A DNA stretch of 64,000 bases, taken from the sequence record OP599913.1, one strand, 5' to 3'. Shown piece after piece: positions 27,304 to 37,266 of the stretch. The notes beneath the pieces were generated by a model. The model saw only the letters and a program-made list of their open reading frames with translations, was not told the DNA's origin and made no database searches. The number at the start of each line of letters is the position of its first letter. Position 1 is the stretch's first letter. A program made the translations under genes and the position numbers.

Positions 27304-29316
27304 ATGGCTGTGAATAAAGGTCGTTCGTCCGAATCCACCACTCAGAACTCTTCCTGGACTGATGAAGAAGCCGGCGACAACGGTTTGAGCGCCAGCGTAC
27401 GTCAAGACACCACCGGTCTGTCGGGCCTCTTCAGCCTGACCTCGATGACTTCGGACAACCGCAATATGGTGGAAGTCTCCGAAGTCGCCAAGATCCTCAA
27501 GGAACGTTTCACCCGTATTGCAGAGGCTACCACTCCGGAAGCTCAGCGCAACATCGTTCCGAACGTGGATGAAATGACCGCCGGCATCTCCAGCATCCTC
27601 CCGGGCCTGGTACTGCACAAAGTCATCAACAACAAACTCTGGGTAATGGGCGTCCTGTTCTCCAACAAGGACCTGACCATTTCCTCGGAGCCGATCCGTA
27701 TCAACACCCTCAACGGTATCCAACAGCAAATCTCGGTGCCGCTGACCCCGACCAACTACGCCAACGAAGCGGTCATGAAGAACCTGGTGTCTTACTACAC
27801 CCGTGTGGCGGAACAGCAAGGCGCGAAAGGGGTTGAAGTCATCAACATGGTCGTGGTTGACCTGGAGATGCTGAACCACCCGGAAGCCGGCGATCCCAAG
27901 GACCGTTCGGCCAAGCTGGCGGGTTACCTCACCAACCAGTGGGAAACCGGTGTTCTGGTCCGTGCGACCATCGAGATCGCCAGCGCTGGCGTTCCACTGC
28001 CGTCTCCGTTCGCGGATCCGAAGCATCCCTTCGGTAAAGACGGTTGTGCGGAAGCGCGGGTTACTGCCATCCAGGAACGTGTTACCAAGGCGTTCACCCT
28101 GAGCGCTGCGAACATGGAAGTGGTGGCGGCTACCATCAGCGACCTCAACCGTAGTGGTGGTGTCTCTTCCCAGAACAACAGCAAGGAGATCGCACGCGCT
28201 ACGGCTATCGTCAGCCTGGCAGGTATCACCATGCAGGCTCACCAAGCCAACCTGGCTGCCAGCCGCGGTGCCGCTCAGCACAATGACCTGATCAATCAGT
28301 TCCTGAACCTGACCGGTGGTGTTTACCCGCACGGCTACCGTCCGCTGCATCCGGTGATCACCATGGAAACCGCGTACGCCGGTGAGATGATGAACTTCAA
28401 CCAGGGTCTGTTCCCGTTCTTCTTCGGGCTGTACCTGCTGATGACCACCAACACCGACTACGTCTTCTCTGAAGCACTGCGTAAGGTGAGTGTGGGTCAA
28501 CGGGGTAACTTGAGTGCACTGGAACCGCGTATCGACAGTCTGCTGGGTGGTGTGAACCCGCCGAACCGTCTGAAACTGAATGACAAAAACATCACGGATA
28601 TCGATGTTGTTAACCAATGGATTCGTCAGAACGTTTCGCAACACGCGATCTTCCGTTCGAACATCGTCCTGAACGGTCCGGATTCCGCGATCAACAACTT
28701 CCTCAGCCGGCTGAGCCAGCAAAACCGTTCTAAGGAAGTGGGGATTGTGGTATCGGTGATCGATGCGATGACCAAGAACAAGTTCTCTCAGATCATCGAG
28801 CAGAACCGTTCGGCACGCACCGGTTGGACCCCGGAAAAACCGGTTCTGCACCGCACCCCGATCCTGGTGGTCAACGGCTTGGCTGAAGCGCCCAATGGTA
28901 AGAAACTGAATACCTTGGAAGTGGATGAAATGCTGCTGGGTCACTACAAAGGTGCGAACGGTGCTCAGGCGATGATGAACTACCTGGCAGTCATGTACGG
29001 TGTTACCAACGAAGACCCCAAAGCTCGTTGCCAGAAACTCAACCTGGAGCTGAACCAATCGCTGTTCAACGGCGCGGTTCACATCAACAGCTACTCGCAA
29101 GCGGCGGTCTGGGACCCGAACTTCATGGCGGCCCTGGCGCAAGCTATGGAAAGCCTGGGTAGCATGAACGCAGCGAACTCCGCGGCCAGCTTCCGTCCGA
29201 ATCAGGCTGTTTATGTACCGGGTGCAGGTCTGGCTACTACCGCCTTTGCAGGTGGTAGTTCCCTGTCCAACCCGAACCTCATGAACGCCTTCCTGGGTGG
29301 TTTTGCGTTCGGCTGA
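27304..29316 (+). CDS. chmA: Chimallin, major nuclear shell protein
   Basis: 670 aa with highly biased codon usage and disordered N- and C-terminal arms ending in hydrophobic residues (AFLGGFAFG). Sits directly upstream of the nvRNAP beta' N-subunit, the conserved phiKZ gp54-gp55 arrangement. Confidence 0.8.
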   Translation: MAVNKGRSSESTTQNSSWTDEEAGDNGLSASVRQDTTGLSGLFSLTSMTSDNRNMVEVSEVAKILKERFTRIAEATTPEAQRNIVPNVDEMTAGISSILPGLVLHKVINNKLWVMGVLFSNKDLTISSEPIRINTLNGIQQQISVPLTPTNYANEAVMKNLVSYYTRVAEQQGAKGVEVINMVVVDLEMLNHPEAGDPKDRSAKLAGYLTNQWETGVLVRATIEIASAGVPLPSPFADPKHPFGKDGCAEARVTAIQERVTKAFTLSAANMEVVAATISDLNRSGGVSSQNNSKEIARATAIVSLAGITMQAHQANLAASRGAAQHNDLINQFLNLTGGVYPHGYRPLHPVITMETAYAGEMMNFNQGLFPFFFGLYLLMTTNTDYVFSEALRKVSVGQRGNLSALEPRIDSLLGGVNPPNRLKLNDKNITDIDVVNQWIRQNVSQHAIFRSNIVLNGPDSAINNFLSRLSQQNRSKEVGIVVSVIDAMTKNKFSQIIEQNRSARTGWTPEKPVLHRTPILVVNGLAEAPNGKKLNTLEVDEMLLGHYKGANGAQAMMNYLAVMYGVTNEDPKARCQKLNLELNQSLFNGAVHINSYSQAAVWDPNFMAALAQAMESLGSMNAANSAASFRPNQAVYVPGAGLATTAFAGGSSLSNPNLMNAFLGGFAFG

Positions 29317-29339
29317 TACGAGAGTGTGCTGAAACAGTA

Positions 29340-29376
29340 AAGGTTAGGGGGCTTTCGGGCTCCCTAACCTTTATTC
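29340..29376 (+). terminator. Intrinsic terminator
   Basis: aaggttaggg / ccctaacctt stem plus tttatt. Confidence 0.75.
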
Positions 29377-29403
29377 CGCTTTTGTCTTTTTGGAGTTTAT
29401 TCG

Positions 29404-30843
29404 ATGGAATTACCTGAACTGACTCCGAGCCTTTCGTTGGCCATTAAACGGTTAACGGAATACAGTGAAGAAGTGCTGGATCCCCTTAAGGACTTTGTTG
29501 GCTACGCCAGTAAGCTGGATTTTTCCTTGGAGGATGATCCTCGGTTCTCGATGCCGGCCTATCCCGATTTTGAAGACTACGACTACCTGCACGATACCAG
29601 CCGTCTTAAGCAAGTCTACCTGAATGACTTCGATTTCAATCTGGAAGAAGACCGAGAAGCCCTCAGTCGGTTAACCCGGATGGAGTTTGAGGGTAATTCG
29701 TTTGATACCGTTGCGCGGTGTTTGTGTAAGGACGGCAAGGGACTCCGGGGTAACTACCTCCTGGGTACCGAACGGGTGTGTCCACGGTGTGGGAGTAAAG
29801 CAGAACTCTTCTTGGATCAAGGGGAAGACACCCGGATCTGGCTCAAATGCCCCGAAGGGGTGAAGAAGTTCGTTAACATCGGGTTCTTTACGACCTTCTT
29901 TAACAATATCAGCATAGGAAACCCGTCCCCCAAGATCAATGTACCGCGTTACTTCATTGATCCTCTGTATCGAACCAAGGTTAAGAAGCAACGGAATGGA
30001 ACCCTCATTGCCATTAACCAGATGCTCGGTGACTTGGAGATCCACCATGTCGACCTGAACACGTTCTATGATCACTGTGATCGGATCATGGAATACATTC
30101 TGGTAGGTCCAGGTGAGCGCTGGTCGAAGTACCGGGGAGGGGAAGGTGCTGAGATCCTGGAACTGTATCATCGGTATAAACACATCGCGTTCTGTAATTA
30201 CATGAAGGTACCCAGTCGGTACTGCATGGTGCTGGAACGGGTGGGTAAAGAAGTCCGGAGTTATGAGCATCAGCCTGAAACAGCGAAGCTCTATAACGCC
30301 ATTGCGGATACCATGAAGTCCAGCAATTGTTATCAGCTCACTGAAAAGGACTTGCAACGCAATGTGGACATTGTGGGTAAGAACCTGGTGGCGTTAGCCG
30401 ATCAATTCAGGAGTGTCAATAACCCCAAAGCCGTGTTTAATAAACACGGTATCAACCGTAAGCATGTGTGCGCAGGTCCGGTGCCATTAACGGGACGGTC
30501 GGTGATTACCTCTCAAACGGGTATTATTAATCACTCCGAAGTGATTATGCCGTGGAAGATGGTCGTTACCATCCTGGAACAACCCATTACGAACCACCTC
30601 TATCGGTTAGGGCATACCCCCCGGAGTGCCCGTAAGCTGATCTATAACGCGGCCTATCGGATCGTTCCAGAAATCGATGCGTTCTTACGGCGTGCGGAGG
30701 AGAGTCGTAAAGTCCTGGTTCAAATGGGGCGTAACCCCTCGATTGAGTACCTCAGTCGACGCACCAATTACCTGAGGGTGAACCGGGATCTGGAAGATGA
30801 GAGTATTAAGATCCCCATTACTTCAGTCGGTCCTTACAATGCT
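29404..30843 (+). CDS. Non-virion RNA polymerase beta'-like N-terminal subunit, exon 1
   Basis: Zn-binding CLC...CPRC, RKHVCAGPVPLTGRSVIT and QMGRNPS motifs. Ends ...GPYNA, the first half of the NADFDGD catalytic motif. Confidence 0.9.
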
Positions 30844-32263
30844 TAACAATGATTACCCTATTCCTCTACCAGGAGGAATTCGTGCAGATAGAAAGGATAT
30901 ACACAACTCCTATTGAACATCCAGAGGAAGTTGGTTTTTATAAACATCCAACATTGCCGATTTGGTTGTCTAAAGACGACGATCGGATCCTCACAGAAAC
31001 AGGTTTCGTGGAACCAAGCATAGGTGGCGAATACAAGTACTACATTCGTCAGCACCTCCATGTGTTGAAGCTAGAGACATTTCTGGAGAAGCCCAGCTCA
31101 ACTATCAAGTTGTGGGGGAATCACAGGGATGGGGACAAGCGCAATAATCACCTGGATAACTTGGAGTGGTGTACTCCGTCAATGAATTTGATCCATGCGT
31201 TTAAGACTGGTCTCAGGTCGGATAACCTTCCGGGGTTACTCACCGATCTAGAAACTGGTGAGGTCAAATCATTTACGAGTTTAAGGGAATGCGCTGCCTA
31301 CTTAGGTATCAATCCTGGTACACTCACTGTTTACATGAAATCTGACAGAAAGTATCCGCTCAAGTTTAAGTACTCTGTGCGTCTAATATCGGAAGAGCCT
31401 AGCAAACTGACTGCTGACGACATTGGTAAAGTAAGGAAGGGTGGTCCCAAACCTTGCAAGATCGTCAATAAACTCACTGGCGAAATAAAACATCTGGCCT
31501 TTGAGAAAAGCATTCAGGAACTGTTCGGTTTATCCGAGAGACGTTATCAGCGTGCTTTGAGAGAACGCGGATACGAAGACTGGATTTTCGAAGAAGTGAA
31601 GACGTATGAAGAATACGTCGAGTGTTTAAAGGATGATAAGGCGAAGACTGTAAAGTCTAACCGACATCTTTCTTTAGTCAAGGAAAAACAGTTGGCTACA
31701 GCTAAGAAGATTGTGGTTACTAACAATCTGACAGGCGAAATAACTGAATTCGACAATCTTAGTGACTTCTCAATGGAGAATGGTTTCATGATAAGCGAGA
31801 TCAACCGCGCTTTGAAAACCAAAGATTCATGGAGAGAATTCACATTTAAATATCTGGAATAGGGTAATTGTTAAAGGCTCACCAGGCACGAAAGTCCTGG
31901 ATGAGAATCTCTTTAATTGCTGGAACACCCACAAAAGTGAACCACCTTACGTAACCGTAAGGGGACGAAAGTCAGAAACAACGGTTCACCTGTCCTACGC
32001 TAACCAATAACGCTAAGGGATACTGACAAGGGGCAACCAGCAGCGAAGCCTGTTGTTATTCAACAGGAACGTTCAACGGCCATTCGATGACCCGTAATCT
32101 GATTACGGCGAGAAGTAGGGTAGCAAGCTAATGGCACCCGAAACAGGAGACATCCCCCCTCTGGTTAACAGAGCGGGTGAAGATATGGTCTGACCACCGT
32201 TTAAGAGACGGTGCAGGTGCTACAACGTACCGGGTAATGAGTTGCGACATTACTGGACAAGTG
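30844..32263 (+). mobile_element. Group I self-splicing intron (1420 nt) in nvRNAP beta'
   Basis: The 5' exon ends in U (GCT) and the intron ends in G (caagtg), so splicing restores YNA|DFDGD. Core elements: P aattgctggaa (31915), Q aaccagcag (32035), R gttcaacggcca (32071), S aagatatggtc (32180). P7 ggcca/tggtc pairs. Confidence 0.93.
30882..31862 (+). CDS. Intron-encoded HNH homing endonuclease with NUMOD1-like repeats
   Basis: NHRDGDKRNNHLDNLEWCT..N..HA motif and DLETGEVKSFTSLRECAAYLGI-type repeats. GTG start after AGGAGG; ATG 30849 is an alternative start. Confidence 0.9.
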   Translation: MQIERIYTTPIEHPEEVGFYKHPTLPIWLSKDDDRILTETGFVEPSIGGEYKYYIRQHLHVLKLETFLEKPSSTIKLWGNHRDGDKRNNHLDNLEWCTPSMNLIHAFKTGLRSDNLPGLLTDLETGEVKSFTSLRECAAYLGINPGTLTVYMKSDRKYPLKFKYSVRLISEEPSKLTADDIGKVRKGGPKPCKIVNKLTGEIKHLAFEKSIQELFGLSERRYQRALRERGYEDWIFEEVKTYEEYVECLKDDKAKTVKSNRHLSLVKEKQLATAKKIVVTNNLTGEITEFDNLSDFSMENGFMISEINRALKTKDSWREFTFKYLE

Positions 32264-32455
32264 GATTTTGATGGCGATTCCATGTATGCCATCTTCTTGA
32301 TTGACTTGGAGTCTAAAGCGAAAGCCTACGGGGGATTAGGTCATCATCAGGTATTGGATAACAACGTTCCCTTCAAGATCAGCAAGTATGCGGGACAAAC
32401 CGCTACCAACCTGATGAACTTCAATACCCTCATGCTACAGAAACCGATTGAGTAA
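32264..32455 (+). CDS. nvRNAP beta'-like N-terminal subunit, exon 2
   Basis: Begins DFDGDSMY. The spliced protein is about 543 aa. Confidence 0.9.
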   Translation, partial: DFDGDSMYAIFLIDLESKAKAYGGLGHHQVLDNNVPFKISKYAGQTATNLMNFNTLMLQKPIE

Positions 32456-32464
32456 GGAGGTGAA

Positions 32465-33112
32465 GTGTCGATGCGAAGTGCTAATGCCTTCAGTCACGCG
32501 ATCTCAGGCAGTTTTACCGAAGAGTCCATAGCCAAGTACGCCGACTACGTAAACAACTCTACAGCGCTCCTACAGAACGCTGGAGGCTGGTTGGGACAGC
32601 AAGCCAAGAAGACTCTGGATTGTTTTACCAGCTTCGTAAACTCCCGTGCGTGGGAAATGGGTAAACGGCTGTTGAATAAGAACGACGGGGAGTATGTAGG
32701 GCGGTATTCCATTGGCTACCTGGGGAGTATTGAAGCCCTCCAAGGTGCTGAGGGATATATGCGGGACTACATCATGGCAAATCCCGTCATGATGCAGCTG
32801 TACCTGGACGGTGAAATCGAAGGGTATGGGGGAGAGTTCAGCAAGTTCTGTTCAGGTGTTGGGGAGGAGAACCTCTTCTATCGCCGCAGTATGAATGGGT
32901 TGCTGAATTTGACTACCGTGGATGATAAACCGCATCTACGACATACCCATTACCACGACAGCCTAGGCGGTAAGATCTCCTTCAGGGAACGGTGTGATGT
33001 CCAGAAGACCTGGGCGGCCATCGATCACCATCGGGCTAAATCCCTGTTCGACCTCACCAGTCCTGCTGGGAATAAGCTGAAGAGCGCTGAAGAAGAAACC
33101 ACCGAGGAGTAA
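32465..33112 (+). CDS. Conserved jumbo-phage hypothetical protein
   Basis: 215 aa with AAGGAGG SD and GTG start. Confidence 0.8.
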   Translation: MSMRSANAFSHAISGSFTEESIAKYADYVNNSTALLQNAGGWLGQQAKKTLDCFTSFVNSRAWEMGKRLLNKNDGEYVGRYSIGYLGSIEALQGAEGYMRDYIMANPVMMQLYLDGEIEGYGGEFSKFCSGVGEENLFYRRSMNGLLNLTTVDDKPHLRHTHYHDSLGGKISFRERCDVQKTWAAIDHHRAKSLFDLTSPAGNKLKSAEEETTEE

Positions 33113-33120
33113 GGCCTCTA

Positions 33121-33160
33121 AACCAAGCAGGGGTGATTCCCTGCTTGGTTTATTATGACC
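33121..33160 (+). terminator. Intrinsic terminator
   Basis: aaccaagcaggg / ccctgcttggtt stem plus T-rich tail. Confidence 0.75.
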
Positions 33161-33211
33161 TTTTATTTTGTCTTTCTATAGAGAGCCTTCTTTCTTTAGG
33201 GAGTTAACAGT

Positions 33212-33619
33212 ATGGCGCGGTTTTGTGTAGGGACAATGGACAGTAAGTTAGGGTGGGAGACTCAGTCTCCCGATACCGCTATTTCACGTCATGTGACCTA
33301 TTGGTTTACCAGTCGGGAGAACCAAGGTAAACTGATTGGAGGGGTTCCTAGTTTCTACATGATCTTTAAAGACTTCGCTCAATACCCCGATCAAATGGTG
33401 GAACAAGTCCAGGACAAATTCAAGGCGTACCTGGAGGAATTGTTCGACGAAGTCATGGTAGGTGTAAGTCGACAAAATGTTACTGGGAGTGTCAATAATT
33501 ACAGGCTCATACTGACCGCTCGTGTCGTAGTGGACAATATGAAGTATGACTTGGCGCAAACCATTCTGATCACCGGTGAACTGTACAAAGTTCTGGACTT
33601 AGAGAGACTTAAACGATGA
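33212..33619 (+). CDS. Conserved hypothetical protein
   Basis: 135 aa with AGGGAG SD; the stop overlaps the next start. Confidence 0.75.
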   Translation: MARFCVGTMDSKLGWETQSPDTAISRHVTYWFTSRENQGKLIGGVPSFYMIFKDFAQYPDQMVEQVQDKFKAYLEELFDEVMVGVSRQNVTGSVNNYRLILTARVVVDNMKYDLAQTILITGELYKVLDLERLKR

Positions 33620-34449
33620 CTGACAAACACAACGAAGACTTCCGGGGTAAAGTTCCTGATCATATCCAAGAGATGCACCTGGAGAATGACCTTGGTTGGT
33701 TGAAGGACTTGAAAGTCCACGAACTGGATGGTAAACTCCTGCTGGGTGAGCCGGGAGAAGAACTCCCCTTTAACGTGAGTCATGTGATTGAAGAGAAGGA
33801 ATTCGTTCAGAAATGGTTGATTCCCTTTGCGCTGGGGAATTCCACCGGAGTGAACTACTTCCCCTTCCAGGAATGGTGTTCCTTTACCTTTAACGGAACC
33901 CGGTCTGTATTGGTGGTCGCCCGGGATGCTGAAACCGGTAAATACGAACCGACCCTCTTGGTTCCGCCGATTATTTCCAACTCCCTGACTGCGGATGACC
34001 GGTACAAGCTCCGGATGGCCTCGCTGGCTATTTACAATATCAGTGAAGACAACCGCCAGAAAGAGAACCTGAACGCCAGCTTGAAGGTTGCGAATGCCTT
34101 GGCGGATAGCAAAATAGGTCTGGAAGCTAAACCCACGACCCTGACGGATTTGATTACCCCGACTTTCTTCGAGAAGTTCTCGATCGTTCCGGAAGTGGAG
34201 CGCAAGGTTTACTGGATTCGGGATGTTATCCGGAAAGGAACTGAAACCAATCCCGATGACCTGACTCGTGCTCGCGCGCTGTTCTTTAAAGAACACAAAG
34301 GTGAGACTCTGACTCAGGATGAGTTGAAATTCCTAAACCAACTGAGTTTAGGGGATTATGAGATTGAAGACCGTCTGGCTGACGCACCGAGTGAACAGGC
34401 GGATAACGAATCGCCGGACGATCCCGACTTCGATCCGTTGGCGTGTTAA
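33616..34449 (+). CDS. Conserved hypothetical protein with acidic C-terminus
   Basis: 277 aa, in an operon with the SbcD-like nuclease. Confidence 0.75.
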   Translation: MTDKHNEDFRGKVPDHIQEMHLENDLGWLKDLKVHELDGKLLLGEPGEELPFNVSHVIEEKEFVQKWLIPFALGNSTGVNYFPFQEWCSFTFNGTRSVLVVARDAETGKYEPTLLVPPIISNSLTADDRYKLRMASLAIYNISEDNRQKENLNASLKVANALADSKIGLEAKPTTLTDLITPTFFEKFSIVPEVERKVYWIRDVIRKGTETNPDDLTRARALFFKEHKGETLTQDELKFLNQLSLGDYEIEDRLADAPSEQADNESPDDPDFDPLAC

Positions 34450-34471
34450 GGTAGTAAGGGGTAGACTATTC

Positions 34472-35587
34472 ATGCGGATTCTTTGGACTTCCGACCACCA
34501 TACGCTACACCAGACAACCCCCACTACTCATGTACTGGGGAATATGTCGACGTTTTACTTTAAAGATCACGATCTGAACAATATCGATCTGTCGATCTTT
34601 GGTGGGGACCTCACAGAACGCATGGTAGAGGCCCCTAACCCTGATTTCATTAAACTTAAGGAATGGGCCAAGGTTTACCTGAACGCGTGCGACAAGGCCC
34701 ATACAGCCGTTCTAGTACTGGAAGGAACCCACTCCCACGACAGGGGTCAGCCTAAACACTTGGAGACGCTGGCTCCCGAGGGAATGGATTTCCGGTATGT
34801 GGATGCTTTGTCCATTCAGTATTACCCCCAATTCAACAATCTCAGTATTCTCTGTGTTCCTGACAACATGGGAACCCTGACACCTGATGAGATTTGGGAC
34901 AAGACTGTCGCATTGCTCAATGAACACAAACTGAAGCAAGTGGACTTGATTGTGTTTCATGGTGCGTGGGAGCATCAATTGCCGGTCCAGGTACGGCATA
35001 AAGCTCACCAGTTAGCCCGATGGGAAACCATTGTTAAGTACTTCATTCTGTCGGGGCATATCCATGTCCCCTCTGAAGTGGGTAAGATGCGGTGTTCGGG
35101 TTCCTTTGACCGTACAGCTCACGGGGAAGAACACCCGAAAGGGGGGTATTTGGTTGAGCTTGACCTGGAGAAGGAAACCGCTACTTCAACCTTCCAGGAA
35201 AACAAGAACGCTCTCCCGTATTTAACCCTGAAAGTCAAGGAAGACATTACGACCGAACAATTGGTCTTGGACCTTCAGCAGTTCATCCGTCGGAAGAAAC
35301 TCCCGTATCACAGCCAAATCCGGATCATGGGTGGTGCAGCGGATATCGTTAAACCGGTTATTCGTATCTTTGAGAAAGAATTCCCCTACTTCGGCTTTAA
35401 AGCGGAGAATGCGAAAGCCAAAGAACAGCATGTTCAAGACGACCTGTTCAGTAACCAAACGTACGATTACCCTCAGTTAACGAAAAAGAACTTGGCATCC
35501 GCCCTGTTACCTGAATGTCAAGGAGTCTTCGAGAAAGAAGGGATCTCTGATGAAGAAGCCTTGAAAGTCCTGGAGGAATTCCTATGA
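34472..35587 (+). CDS. SbcD/Mre11-like metallophosphoesterase nuclease
   Basis: Start refined to MRILWTSDHH. Calcineurin-like motifs FGGDL, LEGTHSHD, VFHG and LSGHIH. Confidence 0.88.
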   Translation: MRILWTSDHHTLHQTTPTTHVLGNMSTFYFKDHDLNNIDLSIFGGDLTERMVEAPNPDFIKLKEWAKVYLNACDKAHTAVLVLEGTHSHDRGQPKHLETLAPEGMDFRYVDALSIQYYPQFNNLSILCVPDNMGTLTPDEIWDKTVALLNEHKLKQVDLIVFHGAWEHQLPVQVRHKAHQLARWETIVKYFILSGHIHVPSEVGKMRCSGSFDRTAHGEEHPKGGYLVELDLEKETATSTFQENKNALPYLTLKVKEDITTEQLVLDLQQFIRRKKLPYHSQIRIMGGAADIVKPVIRIFEKEFPYFGFKAENAKAKEQHVQDDLFSNQTYDYPQLTKKNLASALLPECQGVFEKEGISDEEALKVLEEFL

Positions 35588-36381
35588 GAAGTACAGGTGC
35601 TTTAGGAATGTCCGTAGGGACATCGTTGGCGTTTGAGAGTGATGCGGCTTCCCTAATACGTAATTCAGATACCGTCCTGCTGAACCTTATGACGCTAATA
35701 CGGAATGCGTATGACGCGTATGAGACCAAAGAGGAAAAGGATCAACTGACATCAGATCAACTGGTAGAGGCGGTTACCGGTGATCTGAAGATCCTGGCGA
35801 AATGGATGGAAGAGGCGCGTAAAAGTAAACCGGTTGAACTGGTGGTGTATTATCCCACCTATGTGGGTCTTAAGACTCGTTTCCGTCATGCGGATCTCAA
35901 ACTCCCTACGACGAAGAATCAAATCCGATACGATACCCTCTCGAAAGAGACGGCAAAGAAGCTGTATACGAAATACGAGAAACTGTTGTCTAAGACAGAC
36001 GTCGGCATGCCTGAATTCAAAGGGCGGGGTATTGTATTGACGCACCACGTGGTGGACCTCGCGGTATCGAACAGTGTTGGGCGTTTAATACTGTTGGAGT
36101 CGTATACGGGTAAAACCAAACCCTTTACCCAGTGGTACACCAAACTGACGGGAGGAGAGGACCTGTTTTACATGCCATTTAACCGGTTCACTATCCAGAT
36201 CTTTGGTGACCGTTCAACCAATTTCATGTCGTCCTCAACAGGGATTAAGGAGCTGGTGAAGAAACTGGCGTTGGATAATAAGTGGACATCCGCCACCACA
36301 TTGGGACGAATCCGAAGTCATATCAACAACCTGCCACAAGGGGTAGACCGAGCCGGTCTACAGCTGATGCTGAACGGTTAG
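35584..36381 (+). CDS. Conserved Chimalliviridae-type hypothetical protein
   Basis: 265 aa coupled to the SbcD-like gene; function not recognised. Confidence 0.75.
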   Translation: MRSTGALGMSVGTSLAFESDAASLIRNSDTVLLNLMTLIRNAYDAYETKEEKDQLTSDQLVEAVTGDLKILAKWMEEARKSKPVELVVYYPTYVGLKTRFRHADLKLPTTKNQIRYDTLSKETAKKLYTKYEKLLSKTDVGMPEFKGRGIVLTHHVVDLAVSNSVGRLILLESYTGKTKPFTQWYTKLTGGEDLFYMPFNRFTIQIFGDRSTNFMSSSTGIKELVKKLALDNKWTSATTLGRIRSHINNLPQGVDRAGLQLMLNG

Positions 36382-36450
36382 TATCCCATCTATTCTCACT
36401 GAAGATTCTATCTTTATTGGTTAGGAATTTCGAATTTAAGGTAACCTCTC

Positions 36451-37149
36451 ATGAGTGACAATCAACATCGCAAGTTTACCCCCCGTAAGAAAACCCTCCT
36501 GAATGACTGGAAACAGCCTCATCCAACGACCTTGGAACCTTTGCCGGGAGCGAAGTACCCGGCGCAGGGGATGTTCGAGTGCAAGAACAGTGGGGCGTTT
36601 CCCATTGTCTTCAAGATCAACGACGGCATCTTTGAGAAAGGTTCCAACAGTAACCACAAAGAAGTCGAACTGAACTATTCGGATCGGGGTGCGCTCTTCG
36701 AAGCGATTATCGAGGCCTCGAATGATGCGAACTTTGGGTTCCGTCAGATCCCGATTTCGAAGAAGCAGATGATCTTCTCGGGTGGCAGCGCGCGTCAATC
36801 GGAGAACCCGATTGTTCAAGCGACCTTTACCATCATCCGGGATAAGAACGGTGTGATCCACCTGGGGTATACCAAAGGGGATTACAAAGTCCCGCTGGTC
36901 TTCCGAGGTTCCAACTTCACGACGGTATACGTCAAGAATGAAGCCGGTGAACGCGTTGAAGACCAGGGCCTGATGTCCCGTTGGGTAGCTCGGGCCTGGG
37001 TGCGTTTCCACCAGGATCTCCTGAATGAGATCGAGCAGGCAGCCTGGGAGCCTCCGAAACCGCGTGACGGTGGGGCAAACAACAACCGACAGTCTTCCAA
37101 TGACTCCGGTTCGACCACCCACGATGACTTCGATGACGTGGAATTCTAA
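36451..37149 (+). CDS. Putative ChmC-like nucleic-acid-binding protein
   Basis: 232 aa with a disordered acidic tail (HDDFDDVEF). Synteny immediately before the nvRNAP fifth subunit and picA, as in phiKZ gp67-68-69. Assigned by synteny only. Confidence 0.55.
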   Translation: MSDNQHRKFTPRKKTLLNDWKQPHPTTLEPLPGAKYPAQGMFECKNSGAFPIVFKINDGIFEKGSNSNHKEVELNYSDRGALFEAIIEASNDANFGFRQIPISKKQMIFSGGSARQSENPIVQATFTIIRDKNGVIHLGYTKGDYKVPLVFRGSNFTTVYVKNEAGERVEDQGLMSRWVARAWVRFHQDLLNEIEQAAWEPPKPRDGGANNNRQSSNDSGSTTHDDFDDVEF

Positions 37150-37160
37150 TTAGACCAAGA

Positions 37161-37200
37161 AGGGTAGGAGGGGCAACCCCTCCTACCCGGTCTATTCGTT
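37161..37200 (+). terminator. Intrinsic terminator
   Basis: gggtaggagggg / cccctcctaccc stem. Confidence 0.7.
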
Positions 37201-37266
37201 TGGTTAGAATATTTTAAACCTACATTATCTTCCCGTAATCCTGGACTATTCTGTTTGGAGTGAACC

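Noticed and set aside
27244-29142. 632-aa antisense ORF opposite chimallin
   Set aside because: Shadow ORF: the strong codon bias of a highly expressed gene (few TTA/CTA/TCA codons) removes antisense stops. It has no SD or recognisable motifs.
32177-32455. 92-aa ORF as an independent gene
   Set aside because: Its first 29 codons are intron core (S element, P9), and from DFDGD onward it is exon 2 of nvRNAP beta'.
36451-37149. Canonical SSB, suggested by the acidic DDFDDVEF tail
   Set aside because: No recognisable OB-fold SSB motifs, and synteny favours a ChmC-like protein. It is left as a tentative call.
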